Source of the DNA: Macrostomum lignano
Taxonomy: Eukaryota
NCBI GenBank assembly: GCA_002269645.1
Contig: NIVC01000891.1
Coordinates: 248,001-312,000 of the forward strand
Length of the DNA: 64,000 bases
Direction of reading: 5' to 3'
The notes under the pieces are model-generated. The model saw nothing but the letters and a program-made list of their open reading frames with translations. It did no database searches and was not told the origin of the DNA. Each line of letters begins with the position of its first letter. Position 1 is the stretch's first letter. The position numbers were made by a program, and so were the translations under genes. Below are positions 24,401 to 35,800 of this stretch, in pieces.

Positions 24401-27400
24401 GCGTCTGTTGGAGCCGCCTCGTCCTTGACCTCAGTCTTTTCGGCAGCCTCTTCAGGCTTCAAAGATTCTCGGCTCTCCTGATCTGCGCGCAGCTCGAGCT
24501 CTTTGGCTTCGGGCTTCAGCTGCTCTTGTCGCTCTTCTGACGAACGCGACTCGGCGGCCTGTTCCTGTTTTACAGTTAATCTCTCAGTCTTTGTGTTCTC
24601 TGGTACTGGGTGACTTGGTTCCTGCAATTGTACAGCCAATACGCGGGTTTCAGATTCGACAACCACTGTCGTTTCCGAACCCTTGGGGCCTGCGCTGAGT
24701 TGCTCTTTACTCTCAGTGGCGGTATCGGTTGTGACCTTCGACGGCACGGATGTCGTATCAGCATCCTCACTAAGCCTATGCTCTGCATTGTCAATTTTAG
24801 GCCGTTCCCAATCGACTAATTCCGTTGGCTTTGAGGATTCAAAGCCTAATGCCTCAGAAGGCTGAGCAGCCTCTTCTAGCTTTGGCGCTGCAGCGATTTT
24901 CTGGTCCGCGCGCAGCTCGAGCTCTTTGGCTTCAGGCTTCAGCTGCTCTTGTCGCTCTTCTGACGGACGCAACTCAGCGGCTTCCGTGTCTGTTGGAGAC
25001 ACCTCATCCTTGACCTCAGTCTTTTCGGCAGCCTCTTCAGGCCTCGGAGCTTCTTGGCTCTCCTGATCTGCGCGCAGCTCGAGCTCTTTGGCTTCGGGCT
25101 TCAGCTGCTCTTGTCGCTCTTCTGACGGACGCGACTCGGCGGCTTGCGCGTCTGTTGGAGCCGGCTCGTCCTTGACCTCAGCCTGCTTAACAGCATCTTC
25201 AGGCTCCGGAGCTTCTTGGCTCTCCTGATCTGCGCGCAGCTCGAGCTCTTTGGCTTTAAGCTTCAGCTGCTCTTGTCGCTCTTCTGACGGACGCGACTCG
25301 GCAGCTTGCGCGTCTGTTGGAGACACCTCGTCCTTGACCTCATCCAGCCCAGCAGCCTCTTCTGGCTTTGGTACTGCATCGCTTTCCTGGTCTGCGCGCA
25401 GCACGAGCTCTTTGGTTTCGGGCTTCAGCTGCTCTTGTCGCTCTTCTGACGGACGCGACTCGGCGGCTTGCGCGTCTGTTGGAGCCGCCTCGTCCTTGAC
25501 CTCAGTCTTTTCGGCAGCCTCTTCAGGCTTTGGAGCTTCTCGGCTCTCCTGATCTGCGCGCAGCTCGAGCTCTTTGGCTTCGGGCTTCAGCTGCTCTTGT
25601 CGCTCTTCTGACGGACGCGACTCGGCGGCCTCCACCGCTGTTGGAGCCGCCTCGTCTTTGACCTCAGTCTTTTCGGCAGCCTCTTCAGGCTTCGGAGCTT
25701 CTTGGCTCTCCTGATCTGCGCGCAGCTCGAGCTCTTTGGCTTCGGGCTTCAGCTGCTCTTGTCGCTCTTCTGACGGACGCGACTCGGCGGCCTCCGCCTC
25801 TGTTGGAGAAACCTCGTCCTTGAACTCATTCTGCCCAGCAGACTGTTCTGGCTTTGGTACTGCATCGCTTTCCTGGTCTGCGCGCAGAACGAGCTCTTTG
25901 GTTTCGGGCTTCAGCTGCTCTTGTCGCTCTTCTGACGGGCGCGACTCGGCGGCTTGCGCGTCTGTTGGGGCCGGCTCGTCCTTGACCTCAGCCTGCTTAA
26001 CAACATCTTCAGGCTCCGGAGCTTCTCGGCTCTCCTGATCTGCGCGCAACTCGAGCTCTTTGGTTTCAGGCTTCAGCTGCTCTTGTCGCTCTTCTGACGG
26101 ACGCGACTCGGCGGCCTCCGCCTCTGTTGGAGACACCTCGTCCTTGGCCTCAGCCTGCCCAGCAGCCTCTTCAGGCTTCGGTACTGCACCGCTTTCCTGG
26201 TCTGCGCGCAGCTCGAGCTCTGTGGCTTCGGGCTTCAGCTGCTCTTGTCGCTCTTCTGACGAACGCGACTCGGCGGCCTGTTCCTGTTTTGCAGTTAATC
26301 TCTCAGTTTTTGTGTTCTCTGGTACTGGGTGACTTGGTTCCTGCAATTGTACAGCCAATACGCGGGTTTCAGATTCGACAACCACTGTCGTTTCCGAACC
26401 CTTGGGGCCTGCGCTGAGTTGCTCCTTACTCTCAGTGGCGGTATCGGTTGTGACCTTCGACGGCACGGATGTCGTATCAGCATCCTCACTAAGCCTATGC
26501 TCTGCATTGTCAATTTTAGGCCGTTCCCAATCGACTAATTCCGTTGGCTTTGAGGATTCAAAGCCTAATGCCTCAGAAGGCTGAGCAGCCTCTTCTAGCT
26601 TTGGCGCTGCAGCGATTTTCTGGTCCGCGCGCAGCTCGAGCTCTTTGGCTTCAGGCTTCAGCTGCTCTTGTCGCTCTTCTGACGGACGCAACTCAGCGGC
26701 TTCCGTGTCTGTTGAAGACACCTCATCCTTGACCTCAGTCTTTTCGGCAGCCTCTTCAGGCCTCGGAGCTTCTTGGCTCTCCTGATCTGCGCGCAGCTCG
26801 AGCTCTTTGGCTTCGGGCTTCAGCTGCTCTTGTCGCTCTTCTGACGGACGCGACTCGGCGGCCTCCACCTCTGTTGGAGACACCTCGTCCTTGACCTCAT
26901 CCTGCCCAGCAGCCTGTTCTGGCTTTGGTACTGCATCGCTTTCCTGGTCTGCGCGCAGCTCGAGCTCTTTGGTTTCAGGCTTCAGCTGCTCTTGTCGCTC
27001 TTCTGACGGACGCGACTCGGCGGCTTGCGCGTCTGTTGGAGCCAACTCGTCCTTGACCTCAGCCTGCTTAACAACATCTTCAGGCTCCGGAGCTTCTTGG
27101 CTCTCCTGATCTGCGCGCAGCTCGAGCTCTTTGGCTTTAAGCTTCAGCTGCTCTTGTCGCTCTTCTGATGGACGCGACTCGGCGGCCTCCACCGCTGTTG
27201 GAGCCGCCTCGTCCTTGACCTCAGTCTTTTCGGCAGCCTCTTCAGGCTTTGGAGCTTCTCGGCTCTCCTGATATGCGCGCAGCTCGAGCTCTTTGGCTTC
27301 GGGCTTCAGCTGCTCTTGTCGCTCTTCTGACGGACGCGACTCGGCGGCCTCCGCCTCTGTTGGAGACACCTCGTCCTTGAACTCATTCTGCCCAGCAGCC

Positions 27401-29823
27401 TGTTCTGGCTTTGGTACTGCATCGCTTTCCTGGTCTGCGCGCAGAACGAGCTCTTTGGTTTCGGGCTTCAGCTGCTCTTGTCGCTCTTCTGACGGGCGCG
27501 ACTCGGCGGCTTGCGCGTCTGTTGGAGCCGCCTCGTCCTTGACCTCAGTCTTTTCGGCAGCCTCTTCAGGCTTCGGAGCTTCTCGGCTCTCCTGATCTGC
27601 GCGCAGCTCGAGCTCTTTGGTTTCGGGCTTCAGCTGCTCTTGTCGCTCTTCTGACGGACGCGACTCGGCGGCCTCCGCCTCTGTTGGAGACACCTCGTCC
27701 TTGGCCTCAGCCTGCCCAGCAGCCTCTTCTGGCTTTGGTACTGCATCGCTTTCCTGGTCTGCGCGCAGCACGAGCTCTGTGGCTTCGGGCTTCAGCTGCT
27801 CTTGTCGCTCTTCTGACGGACGCGACTCGGCGGCTTGCGCGTCTGTTGGAGCCGCCTCGTCCTTGACCTCAGTCTTTTCGGCAGCCTCTTCAGGCTTCGG
27901 AGCTTCTCGGCTCTCCTGATCTGCGCGCAGCTCGAGCTCTTTGGCTTCGGGCTTCAGCTGCTCTTGTCGCTCTTCTGACGGACGCGACTCGGCGGCCTCC
28001 ACCGCTGTTGGAGCCGCCTCGTCTTTGACCTCAGTCTTTTCGGCAGCCTCTTCAGGCTTCGGAGCTTCTTGGCTCTCCTGATCTGCGCGCAGCTCGAGCT
28101 CTTTGGCTTCGGGCTTCAGCTGCTCTTGTCGCTCTTCTGACGGACGCGACTCGGCGGCCTCCGCCTCTGTTGGAGAAACCTCGTCCTTGAACTCATTCTG
28201 CCCAGCAGACTGTTCTGGCTTTGGTACTGCATCGCTTTCCTGGTCTGCGCGCAGAACGAGCTCTTTGGTTTCGGGCTTCAGCTGCTCTTGTCGCTCTTCT
28301 GACGGGCGCGACTCGGCGGCTTGCGCGTCTGTTGGGGCCGGCTCGTCCTTGACCTCAGCCTGCTTAACAACATCTTCAGGCTCCGGAGCTTCTCGGCTCT
28401 CCTGATCTGCGCGCAACTCGAGCTCTTTGGTTTCAGGCTTCAGCTGCTCTTGTCGCTCTTCTGACGGACGCGACTCGGCGGCCTCCGCCTCTGTTGGAGA
28501 CACCTCGTCCTTGGCCTCAGCCTGCCCAGCAGCCTCTTCAGGCTTCGGTACTGCACCGCTTTCCTGGTCTGCGCGCAGCACGAGCTCTGTGGCTTCGGGC
28601 TTCAGCTGCTCTTGTCGCTCTTCTGACGAACGCGACTCGGCGGCCTGTTCCTGTTTTACAGTTAATCTCTCAGTCTTTGTGTTCTCTGGTACTGGGTGAC
28701 TTGGTTCCTGCAATTGTACAGCCAATACGCGGGTTTCAGATTCGACAACCACTGTCGTTTCCGAACCCTTGGGGCCTGCACTGAGTTGCTCTTTACTCTC
28801 AGTGGCGGTATCGGTTGTGACCTTCGACGGCACGGATGTCGTATCAGCATCCTCACTAAGCCTATGCTCTGCATTATCAATTTTAGGCCGTTCCCAATCG
28901 ACTAATTCCGTTGGCTTTGAGGATTCAAAGCCTAATGCCTCAGAAGGCTGAGCAGCCTCTTCTAGCTTTGGCGCAGCAGCGATTTTCTGGTCCGCGCGCA
29001 GCTCGAGCTTTTTGGCTTCAGGCTTCAGCTGCTCTTGTCGCTCTTCTGACGGACGCAACTCAGCGGCTTCCGTGTCTGTTGGAGACACCTCATCCTTGAC
29101 CTCAGTCTTTTCGGCAGCCTCTTCAGGCCTCGGAGCTTCTTGGCTCTCCTGATCTGCGCGCAGCTCGAGCTCTTTGGCTTCGGGCTTCAGCTGCTCTTGT
29201 CGCTCTTCTGACGGACGCGACTCGGCGGCTTGCGCGTCTGTTGGAGCCGGCTCGTCCTTGACCTCAGCCTGCTTAACAGCATCTTCAGGCTCCGGAGCTT
29301 CTTGGCTCTCCTGATCTGCGTGCAGCTCGAGCTCTTTGGCTTCGGGCTTCAGCTGCTCTTGTCGCTCTTCTGACGGACGCGACTCGGCGGCCTCCACCTC
29401 TGTTGGAGACACCTCGTCCTTGACCTCATCCTGCCCAGCAGCCTCTTCTGGCTTTGGTACTGCATCGCTTTCCTGGTCTGCGCGCAGCACGAGCTCTTTG
29501 GTTTCGGGCTTCAGCTGCTCTTGTCGCTCTTCTGACGGACGCGACTCGGCGGATTGCGCATCAGTTGGAGACATCTCGTGATATTTTATTGGCTTTAATT
29601 GTACAGCTAAAACCAAAGTCTCTGAATAGGTCACAGTGGCTGGTTGGTTGTCTGTATCGGTTTCTATAATATTTTTTTCAGGAGTACGAATGAGTGACGG
29701 TGAGGAAAGAAATGATTTGGAGGTTGGCGTTGGTGGATTGGGAGCCTGGATTTGGTGAGTTCGCGGTGACGTACTTTTCTGATAATACTGCTGGTCACTG
29801 TAGTCAGAGATACTTAGTACTGG
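430..29823 (-). CDS. Exon 18, giant ~29.4-kb exon encoding ~9,800 aa of acidic PEVK-like tandem repeats; three -1 indels at ~16776, ~12773 and ~9885
   Basis: Acceptor ccattcaaacag|CCA (29823) and donor TCG|GTAAGA (430). ORFs 16666-29841, 12620-16756, 9768-12683 and 364-9747 abut at single-base deletions relative to sister repeat copies. There is no intron-like interruption of the 162/423-bp periodicity. Confidence 0.83.
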
Positions 29824-32800
29824 CTGTTTGAATGGAAGCAAATTGTTTGGTTTGAAAAATTAAGCAAATTTGAGTCGTAATACAAGTAAGCACTAGTGTT
29901 ACGCTTTTTAGTTAGCAGTTTTTTACAATAGTAAGTGGAACTCATTGTAATTGTTAAGAAGCTATAAACAGTTAAAGTTATTCTAGATTTTAGAACACAC
30001 CAATGTTTTTTACAAACCTGAGTGCTGAATCCAACGGGAAATTGATCTGGATCCAGTTTTTGACCGTGAAACTCGTGGCTTGCGTGACTCAAATGCTGGA
30101 TAGCTAAACTACTGACAATATTCTGTTCCATGGATGCGGCTGACATCCGCCTAACTGTTTGACTATATGCACGATCGTCAGTGTCTAAACTGCTGCCTTT
30201 CGTATCGGTGTCTTTGCTAATACTGACCCCGGCATCGCCATCTGAGGCCGATGGTGAAGTCTGATTGAAATTTCGATTGTCAAGCTTCTTGGCACCACCG
30301 GAATCCGCAACTGCTTCAGGAACTCCAGTTTTATCTGCAGAGTGGTATTTAGGCATATTGCATTAGATACTGATAGTCACAGACCAATTCTGAAAAAAGA
30401 TAATTTTGCTTACCTTCATGGACACTTTGCATAGCGTCCAGTGTAGTATCTTTGTCACTTCGAAGAGAAAACTTCGGTTCATCCAACTCATCAACTTCTC
30501 TGTTTTCACTGTCTTTGATGTTTGGTCGGCCAAATAACTCTGAATCATCTTTCATATTGGAGTCTGTGATCTCGGTTGAACTAGCGATAGAAATTGAATC
30601 ACCAGCATTTGATGATTCCTTATGTGCATCTTTCGTGGCTTGGGATGATTCATCTTGATCAAGTCTAGTTAAACCAGATTCAAGTACAATTTGTTGCCTT
30701 TGTGAAGCTTCGGATTGCTCTTCGGATGTTTTAATAATGCCTGATTCTTCGCTCTTTCCGACGTCTTCTGCAGCAGAGTCGCTAGAATTTGCAGCTGCCT
30801 TCTTGGCACTAAGCTGCTCAGAGTATTGTTCTTCTCTAGAAATATCCGGTTGTTCAACTGCATCAGAATAAACAACAGTGAAATCCTTATCTGCATTTAA
30901 TGTATAAAGCGTGGAATCTGATTCCTTTATCGATGTTAGGTCTTTGGGTAGCTCTGAAACGTCTTTCGGTGAATCTGAGCCTGCCTTAGAGTCGTTAGAA
31001 CCCGGGGAAGCACCAGATGGTCTTTCCAAATTCGAGGATTCAGTTGGGGAATCCTGAAGAATTGGTCGATGTGACTGCTGATGTTGGTCTGCGTCGGCAT
31101 CTGTATCTGGCTGCATTTGAGCAGTTTCTGGAACTTCATGGCTGGAAGTTTCCCCCTCTTCGACAAGCGCGTCAGTTGATAGCGATGTTGCTGCTTCGGA
31201 TACCTGTTCAGCCTTGCGAACATCGGTCTTCTGCTGTTGCGATAATGCGTCCAATTGGAAAGAATTGCGTGTTTGTAAATCTGCTACCGTTTCTGAGCCT
31301 ACTTTAGATTCTGTACCAGCTTTATCGCCAGACGCACTAACTCCTGCAATCTGGTTCTGGCTGACTGAGAGTGATTGATCGGCACTAATCGCTGAAAGAA
31401 GATCCGAAGCATTTGTTGGCACTTCGCGATGCCCCGGCCCTTTTATTTGCGAAACATCCAGCTGCAACTTCAGAAAGCCTGATCGCAGAGCTTGAGAAAA
31501 TGACATAGAAGGGAGGTGCAAGCTTTTATGCTCAATTAAATCACCAGATTCTCTGTCAACGACATTCCGTTCCAGTGCGTCGCGTAGCGGCAGCTCAATG
31601 CGGGTTACTGGATCAACTAAACGCGAGTTGTTCAAGTCAATCAGGCCCATGTCTAAGCAATCGCTAAACTTTAATTGTTGGCCTGATATTGTGTCGAAAA
31701 ATAGTAGAACCGGTGAAAATCCTATGGCCTGAACTTCGGCAACTGCTTGCTCTCTGTAAGTCTGAGTTTTGTAATCCCCGGAAACGGCTACATTTTTCGA
31801 ACTGTGCACTGTCTCTGCGATGCTGGAAGCCAGTTCGCTGCTAGACTCAACACTATAACTACCGCTATGAGCAGCATTCGAGTCAGACAAGCAAGCCACG
31901 CTTTCTGGGTCAGCGAATGTTTCAGAAGGCTGTGTAGGAATATAAATAGCATTTCATACATGTGCATGATGCTTATTTTGAATGTTGCAAGCTTTACGCT
32001 TGTCAGGTTACTATTAATAGTATTAAGTCGAACGGATATAATTAAGCGGAAAAGTACTTATAGCAAATACCTGCTACTTTATTTTGTGGTGAACCATAAA
32101 TATATAAATATAAATGACTAGAAATTTTAAAAAGCTACATATATTCACCTTAACCTGTTAAATCTGGTAGTGGATTATCATTGCAGTAGCTATATGCTAG
32201 ATATTTTACGAAATGTGAGCATAAATATAATTTGTTAATACCCAAAAGACAAAACATTGGAGAAACATATCGGACTAAATACGGGTTGCCAACCTTAAAT
32301 CAATATCTTACCTTATCAGACTGAGGCGAACCGGGTGCGACACCGACTGCAGAGGCGTCGCCACTTCCAGAACGCTCGATATCTGCTGGCGGAGCGAAGA
32401 AAGTTTCACGTGTAAAAACAATATCAAACAGCTTCAAAGTAGTAGTAAAAAATGAAAACGAAACCATTACCTTCAGATACATCTCGCACAGTATCACCTT
32501 TGGAAACGAATTCATCGTACGTTGAAACACTTTCTGCCGTCATCGATTCTGTAACCTGAAGCTTCCCTCGAAGTAGCTCCGCTTCATCCTGGGTCAGCAG
32601 TCCTCGACGTAAGGCTTCATCAATCGAGATCTGCTCGCCACTTCTCGGGTCTGTGACGGTTCCGGACTTTGTGTCTAACGATTTGCTCATCTCGTCGAAC
32701 GGTGGTTTGGAGGCCTCCTTCAGCTTCAGAGCCTCTTCTTCTGACAACAGACCTCGTCGTGCTGCCTCGTCAATCGACAGCTGCTCGCCAGTTCTCGAGT

Positions 32801-35800
32801 CTGTTACCAAACCACTCTTCTTATCCAATGAGTTGCTCAAGTCTTCAAACGAAGGTTTTACCTTCATTTTGAGTCTTTCGGCTTCATCACTACTGAGTAA
32901 TTCACGACGTACGGCTTCATCAATCGAGATCTGCTCGCCACTTCTCGGGTCCGTGACGGTTCCTAACTTTGTGTCTAACGATTTGCTCATCTCGTCGAAC
33001 GGTGGTTTGGAAGCCTCCTTCAGCTTCAGAGCCTCTTCTTCTGACAACAGACCTCGTCGTGCTGCCTCGTCAATCGACAGCTGCTCGCCAGTTCTCGAGT
33101 CTGTTACCAAACCACTCTTCTTATCCAATGAGTTGCTCAAGTCTTCAAACGAAGGTTTTACCTTCATTTTGAGTCTTTCGGCTTCATCACTACTGAGTAA
33201 TCCACGACGTACGGCTTCATCAATCGAGATCTGCTCGCCACTTCTCGGGTCTGTGACGGTTCCGGACTTTGTGTCTAACGATTTTCTCATCTCGTCGAAT
33301 GGTGGTTTGGAAGCCTCCTTCAGCTTCAGAGCCTCTTCTTCTGACAACAGACCTCGTCGTGCTGCCTCGTCAATCGACAGCTGCTCGCCAGTTCTCGAGT
33401 CTGTTACCAAACCACTCTTCTTATCCAATGAGTTGCTCAAGTCTTCAAACGAAGGTTTTACCTTCATTTTGAGTCTTTCGGCTTCATCACTACTGAGTAA
33501 TCCACGACGTACGGCTTCATCAATCGAGATCTGCTCGCCACTTCTCGGGTCCGTGACGGTTCCTAACTTTGTGTCTAACGATTTGCTCATCTCGTCGAAC
33601 GGTGGTTTGGAAGCCTCCTTCAGCTTCAGAGCCTCTTCTTCTGACAACAGACCTCGTCGTGCTGCCTCGTCAATCGACAGCTGCTCGCCAGTTCTCGAGT
33701 CTGTTACCAAACCACTCTTCTTATCCAATGAGTTGCTCAAGTCTTCAAACGAAGGTTTTACCTTCATTTTGAGTCTTTCGGCTTCATCACTACTGAGTAA
33801 TCCACGACGTACGGCTTCATCAATCGAGATCTGCTCGCCACTTCTCGGGTCCGTGACGGTTCCTAACTTTGTGTCTAACGATTTGCTCATCTCGTCGAAC
33901 GGTGGTTTGGAAGCCTCCTTCAGCTTCAGAGCCTCTTCTTCTGACAACAGACCTCGTCGTGCTGCCTCGTCAATCGACAGCTGCTCGCCAGTTCTCGAGT
34001 CTGTTACCAAACCACTCTTCTTATCCAATGAGTTGCTCAAGTCTTCAAACGAAGGTTTTACCTTCATTTTGAGTCTTTCGGCTTCATCACTACTGAGTAA
34101 TCCACGACGTACGGCTTCATCAATCGAGATCTGCTCGCCACTTCTCGGGTCTGTGACGGTTCCGGACTTTGTGTCTAACGATTTGTTCATCTCGTCGAAT
34201 GGTGGTTTGGAAGCCTCCTTCAGCTTTAGAGCCTCTTCTTCTGACAACAGACCTCGTCGTGCTGCCTCGTCAATCGACAGCTGCTCGCCAGTTCTCGATT
34301 CTGTTACCAAACCACTCTTCTTATCCAATGAGTTGCTCAAGTCTTCAAACGAAGGTTTTACCTTCATTTTGAGTCTTTCGGCTTCATCACTACTGAGTAA
34401 TCCACGACGTACGGCTTCATCAATCGAGATCTGGTCGCCACTTCTCGGGTCTGTGACGGTTCCTAACTTTGTGTCTAACGATTTGCTCATCTCGTCGAAC
34501 GGTGGTTTGGAAGCCTCCTTCAGCTTCAGAGCCTCTTCTTCTGACAACAGACCTCGTCGTGCTGCCTCGTCAATCGACAGCTGCTCGCCAGTTCTCGAGT
34601 CTGTTACCAAACCACTCTTCTTATCCAATGAGTTGCTCAAGTCTTCAAACGAAGGTTTTACCTTCATTTTGAGTCTTTCGGCTTCATCACTACTGAGTAA
34701 TCCACGACGTACGGCTTCATCAATCGAGATCTGGTCGCCACTTCTCGGGTCTGTGACGGTTCCTAACTTTGTGTCTAACGATTTGCTCATCTCGTCGAAC
34801 GGTGGTTTGGAAGCCTCCTTCAGCTTCAGAGCCTCTTCTTCTGACAACAGACCTCGTCGTGCTGCCTCGTCAATCGACAGCTGCTCGCCAGTTCTCGAGT
34901 CTGTTACCAAACCACTCTTCTTATCCAATGAGTTGCTCAAGTCTTCAAACGAAGGTTTTACCTTCATTTTGAGTCTTTCGGCTTCATCACTACTGAGTAA
35001 TCCACGACGTACGGCTTCATCAATCGAGATCTGTCTCGCCACTTCTCGGGTCTGTGACGGTTCCTAACTTTGTGTCTAACGATTTGCTCATCTCGTCGAA
35101 CGGTGGTTTGGAAGCCTCCTTCAGCTTCAGAGCCTCTTCTTCTGACAACAGACCTCGTCGTGCTGCCTCGTCAATCGACAGCTGCTCGCCAGTTCTCGAG
35201 TCTGTTACCAAACCACTCTTCTTATCCAATGAGTTGCTCAAGTCTTCAAACGAAGGTTTTACCTTCATTTTGAGTCTTTCGGCTTCATCACTACTGAGTA
35301 ATCCACGACGTACGGCTCTCATCAATCGAGATCTGCTCGCCACTTCTCGGTCTTTCGTTCATCGAGTGACGTACGTTCATCTCGAGATCTTTGTGTCTAA
35401 CGATTTGCTCATCTCGTCGAACGGTGGTTTGGAAGCCTCCTTCAGCTTCAGAGCCTCTTCTTCTGACAACAGACCTCGTCGTGCTGCCTCGTCAATCGAC
35501 AGCTGCTCGCCAGTTCTCGAGTCTGTTACCAAACCACTCTTCTTATCCAATGAGTTGCTCAAGTCTTCAAACGAAGGTTGTACCTTCATTTTGAGTCTTT
35601 CGGCTTCATCACTACTGAGTAATCCACGACGTACGGCTTCATCAATCGAGATCTGCTCGCCACTTCTCGGGTCCGTGACGGTTCCTGACTTTGTGTCTAA
35701 CGATTTGCTCATCTCGTCGAACGGTGGTTTGGAAGCCTCCTTCAGCTTCAGAGCCTCTTCTTCTGACAACAGACCTCGTCGTGCTGCCTCATCAATCGAA

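Noticed and set aside
808-29400. 10-bp palindrome AGCTCGAGCT in most monomers
   Set aside because: By-product of the GAG CTC GAG CTG (ELEL) codons; no evidence for a DNA-level role.
808-29575. CRISPR-like repeat/spacer appearance of conserved and variable segments
   Set aside because: The period is a multiple of 3, the variable parts are homologous to each other, the context is eukaryotic and spliced, and there are no cas genes.
590-29669. Dozens of + strand ORFs (MVSGFSCSCRSSDGRDS..., MALRIQ..., MTWFLQ...) and short off-frame minus ORFs (MTMQSIG...)
   Set aside because: Antisense or off-frame shadows of the 162/423-bp coding repeats. They recur with repeat periodicity, mostly start at non-ATG codons and have no independent signals.
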